Shown here piece after piece: positions 45,729 through 47,642 of a stretch of DNA of 47,642 nucleotides. The stretch covers positions 1-47,642 of the IMG/VR virus record IMGVR_UViG_3300037424_000448; one strand, written 5' to 3'. Position 1 is the first letter of the stretch, and the number at the start of each line of letters is the position of its first letter. Source of the stretch: a virus (Duplodnaviria > Caudoviricetes). A program made the translations under genes and the position numbers. Under the pieces are notes generated by a model. That model was given only the letters and a program-made list of their open reading frames with translations. It did no database searches and was not told where the DNA came from.

Positions 45729-46186
45729 ACTATGATCGTTTTTCAGGTGACCCAGCAGTAAAGCTCACGAATAACGGTGCGAAAATGAAATTCGTCGGCG
45801 GACAATGTGTAATGGATCAGGGCGTAGAAAATGCAACTTTAATTTCTTTGTTCACAAAGCCGAATTGGTGGGGGAATACTTTAATTGATGACCCGAATAA
45901 AAAGGTCGGCTCCAAATTTGAAAGGCAACGGACTATTATAGACGTACAGACTATTAACGATGTCTTTGACGATGCGACGCAGGCCTTGAAGTGGATGAAA
46001 GACTCTAAATTATCAAGCAAAATTGATATAACAGTAACAAATCCGAGACTTGATTTTATACAAACAAAGATAGATATATATTCTCCAGCAGGGACCTTAG
46101 CACAAATACTATTACTCAAAAACGGGCCGAACTGGATAAGTCAGGCAAAAAATCCGGCACATGAGAGGATGAAAGATGTCATATAG
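45725..46186 (+). CDS. Baseplate protein (Mu gp46-like)
   Basis: ISLFT, WWGN, GSK, ALKWM. Confidence 0.8.
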   Translation: MNYDRFSGDPAVKLTNNGAKMKFVGGQCVMDQGVENATLISLFTKPNWWGNTLIDDPNKKVGSKFERQRTIIDVQTINDVFDDATQALKWMKDSKLSSKIDITVTNPRLDFIQTKIDIYSPAGTLAQILLLKNGPNWISQAKNPAHERMKDVI

Positions 46187-47351
46187 GATACAAACTACAC
46201 AAGAGCTTTTCGATAAATTTTTAGCAACACTTGAAACTAAACTCGGCCAGACTTCACCTCTTAACGATAAAGCATTTTTAAGAGTGTTGGCAGGCGCAGA
46301 GGCAGGACAGGGAATAGGACATTATAAATACGCCGCGGACTCAGTAAAACAGAATCTTGCATTAACAGCAACCGGAGACGGACTTGATAGAATCGGGAAT
46401 GATAATTCCACACCGAGAAAGCTGGCACAAAATGCAATCCTGACAGCTACACTTCCAGCGACGACAGGAACTATAATCCCAGCGACGACAGATTTTTACG
46501 CAGACGCAACCGGATTAAGATATAGACCACAAGCAGACGTAACCGCAGTTTTGAATGTAGCGACATTATCTTTAAGGTGCGTAGAATCAGGCGTATCTGG
46601 AAATCTTGAAATAGGCGACACATTAGCAATCGGAAGTCAGATAGCAAACGCAGATACAATCGCAACGGTTACGGTAATCGATACATTAGGCGTTGACAAG
46701 GAAACAGACGCAGACTATCGGCCGCGAGTTATATTTTCACAACGTGCAATCACAGGCGGCGGCAACGCGACAGATCATAAGATATGGTCGGAAGCAGTTA
46801 CAGGAGTTCGCAGGGCGTTCGCTTATTCAGGTAGACCGGCGGACGAAGGTACATCATATCCGGGAGACCGCACCGTTTATGTCGAAGCAAATACAGACAT
46901 TGACGCAGATGGAATTGCGCCGCCTTCTTTACTGTCCGACGTAAGAGACGCAATAAATACCGATCCGGACACGGGAGAATCAAGGGCATTATTAGGATTA
47001 ACGGATGATACTTTATTCGTGGAATCAATTACAAGGCAATCAATATTTGTTGAATTAAGAGACTTCTTAGTCAATGCGGATTTAGAAGCAGCATGTAAAG
47101 CAGCAGTATCGGCAGCGCTGGAATTACATTTAAGATCGATCGTGCCTTATGTCGCAGGGGTAGACGTGGAACAGGAGAGGACGGATATAATTACAAATAC
47201 ATCGATATCTCACGCAGTTCAGGACGTTTTAATCGCTTATGGTGCATCGGCATCGAGTATCGGATTTGGTTTAGCTCTTGGCGTATTCGTTGCTTCATAC
47301 ACGTTAAATCAAGGTGAACTTGCTAAATTAGGCGGAGTTAACTATGCTTAG
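46176..47351 (+). CDS. Baseplate J-like protein (Mu gp47)
   Basis: TATGDGLD, ETDADYR, GGNATD..WS.AVTGV. Confidence 0.9.
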   Translation: MSYRIQTTQELFDKFLATLETKLGQTSPLNDKAFLRVLAGAEAGQGIGHYKYAADSVKQNLALTATGDGLDRIGNDNSTPRKLAQNAILTATLPATTGTIIPATTDFYADATGLRYRPQADVTAVLNVATLSLRCVESGVSGNLEIGDTLAIGSQIANADTIATVTVIDTLGVDKETDADYRPRVIFSQRAITGGGNATDHKIWSEAVTGVRRAFAYSGRPADEGTSYPGDRTVYVEANTDIDADGIAPPSLLSDVRDAINTDPDTGESRALLGLTDDTLFVESITRQSIFVELRDFLVNADLEAACKAAVSAALELHLRSIVPYVAGVDVEQERTDIITNTSISHAVQDVLIAYGASASSIGFGLALGVFVASYTLNQGELAKLGGVNYA

Positions 47352-47642
47352 TCGCGATGTATTAAATAAATTACTCCCTGAAGGATCCTTCTGGACACCT
47401 GCAGAAGATGACGACTATGATAAACTTCTGGAAGGTATTGCAGATAATTCGGAATATATGCGGCTGGCAATGAAGGAACTTAGATATTTAAGAGATCCCG
47501 CACAAACTTCTATCCTTTCCGATCTTGAGAAAGAATACGCACAAATACCGACAGTCGGAGACACGGAAGCCGATAGACGAATGAAGCTGGCAGTTAAGAT
47601 GTTCGGAAGAAATACAGTTCCGACATATGAATTATTAGAAGC
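47344..47642 (+). CDS. Baseplate wedge protein (Mu gp48/YmfQ-like), 5' part, continuing to 632
   Basis: LLPEGSFW...RDPAQT..LSDLEKEY; overlaps baseplate J stop. Confidence 0.75.
   Translation, partial: MLSRDVLNKLLPEGSFWTPAEDDDYDKLLEGIADNSEYMRLAMKELRYLRDPAQTSILSDLEKEYAQIPTVGDTEADRRMKLAVKMFGRNTVPTYELLE
47516..47642. repeat. Terminal direct repeat identical to 1-127
   Basis: Exact match. Confidence 0.95.

Noticed and set aside
338-47074. Many 60-150 aa antisense or shadow ORFs in the track (e.g. 3941-4207, 16134-16454, 33511-33966, 37405-37857)
   Set aside because: They lie opposite or within well-supported genes and have no recognisable motifs
42758-47351. Transposable Mu-like phage
   Set aside because: Only the tail is Mu-like; no transposase A/B, and packaging genes are lambda-type
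47516-47642. Biological terminal repeat or att site
   Set aside because: 127 nt is a common assembler k-mer overlap, it falls mid-gene, and a GpA terminase suggests cos ends elsewhere

Overview
The window is an apparently complete, circularly assembled tailed-phage genome of about 47.5 kb. Bases 1-127 repeat exactly at 47516-47642, and a baseplate gene reads in frame across the join. Two arms diverge from an AT-rich non-coding region at about 25240-25740. The + strand late arm has a lambda-like head (terminase GpA, gpW, portal, Clp protease/scaffold, decoration protein, gpE-type capsid) with a lysis cassette inserted after the portal. It also has a Mu-like contractile tail (sheath, tube, frameshifting chaperones, tape measure, gp43-gp48, fibre). 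The - strand early arm has RHH regulators, a hexapeptide-repeat protein, a glycan-modification cluster (glycosyltransferases, SAM methyltransferases, TupA-like ATP-grasp), YqaJ/RecT recombination, a primase-helicase, two SF2 helicases and two DNA methyltransferases. I found no integrase, classical repressor, tRNA or CRISPR array. Most notable: (i) a stand-alone 53-aa class III RNR glycyl-radical peptide missed by the ORF track; (ii) a glycosylation system split between an early cluster and a glycosyltransferase inside the tail operon; (iii) a C5 methyltransferase whose missing motif IX lies in a nested out-of-frame gene; (iv) a homing endonuclease that appears to have cut off and replaced the N-terminus of a glycosyltransferase; (v) a 28 x 18-bp coding repeat with only non-synonymous variation. 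All family assignments come from motif recognition by eye; no searches were run.
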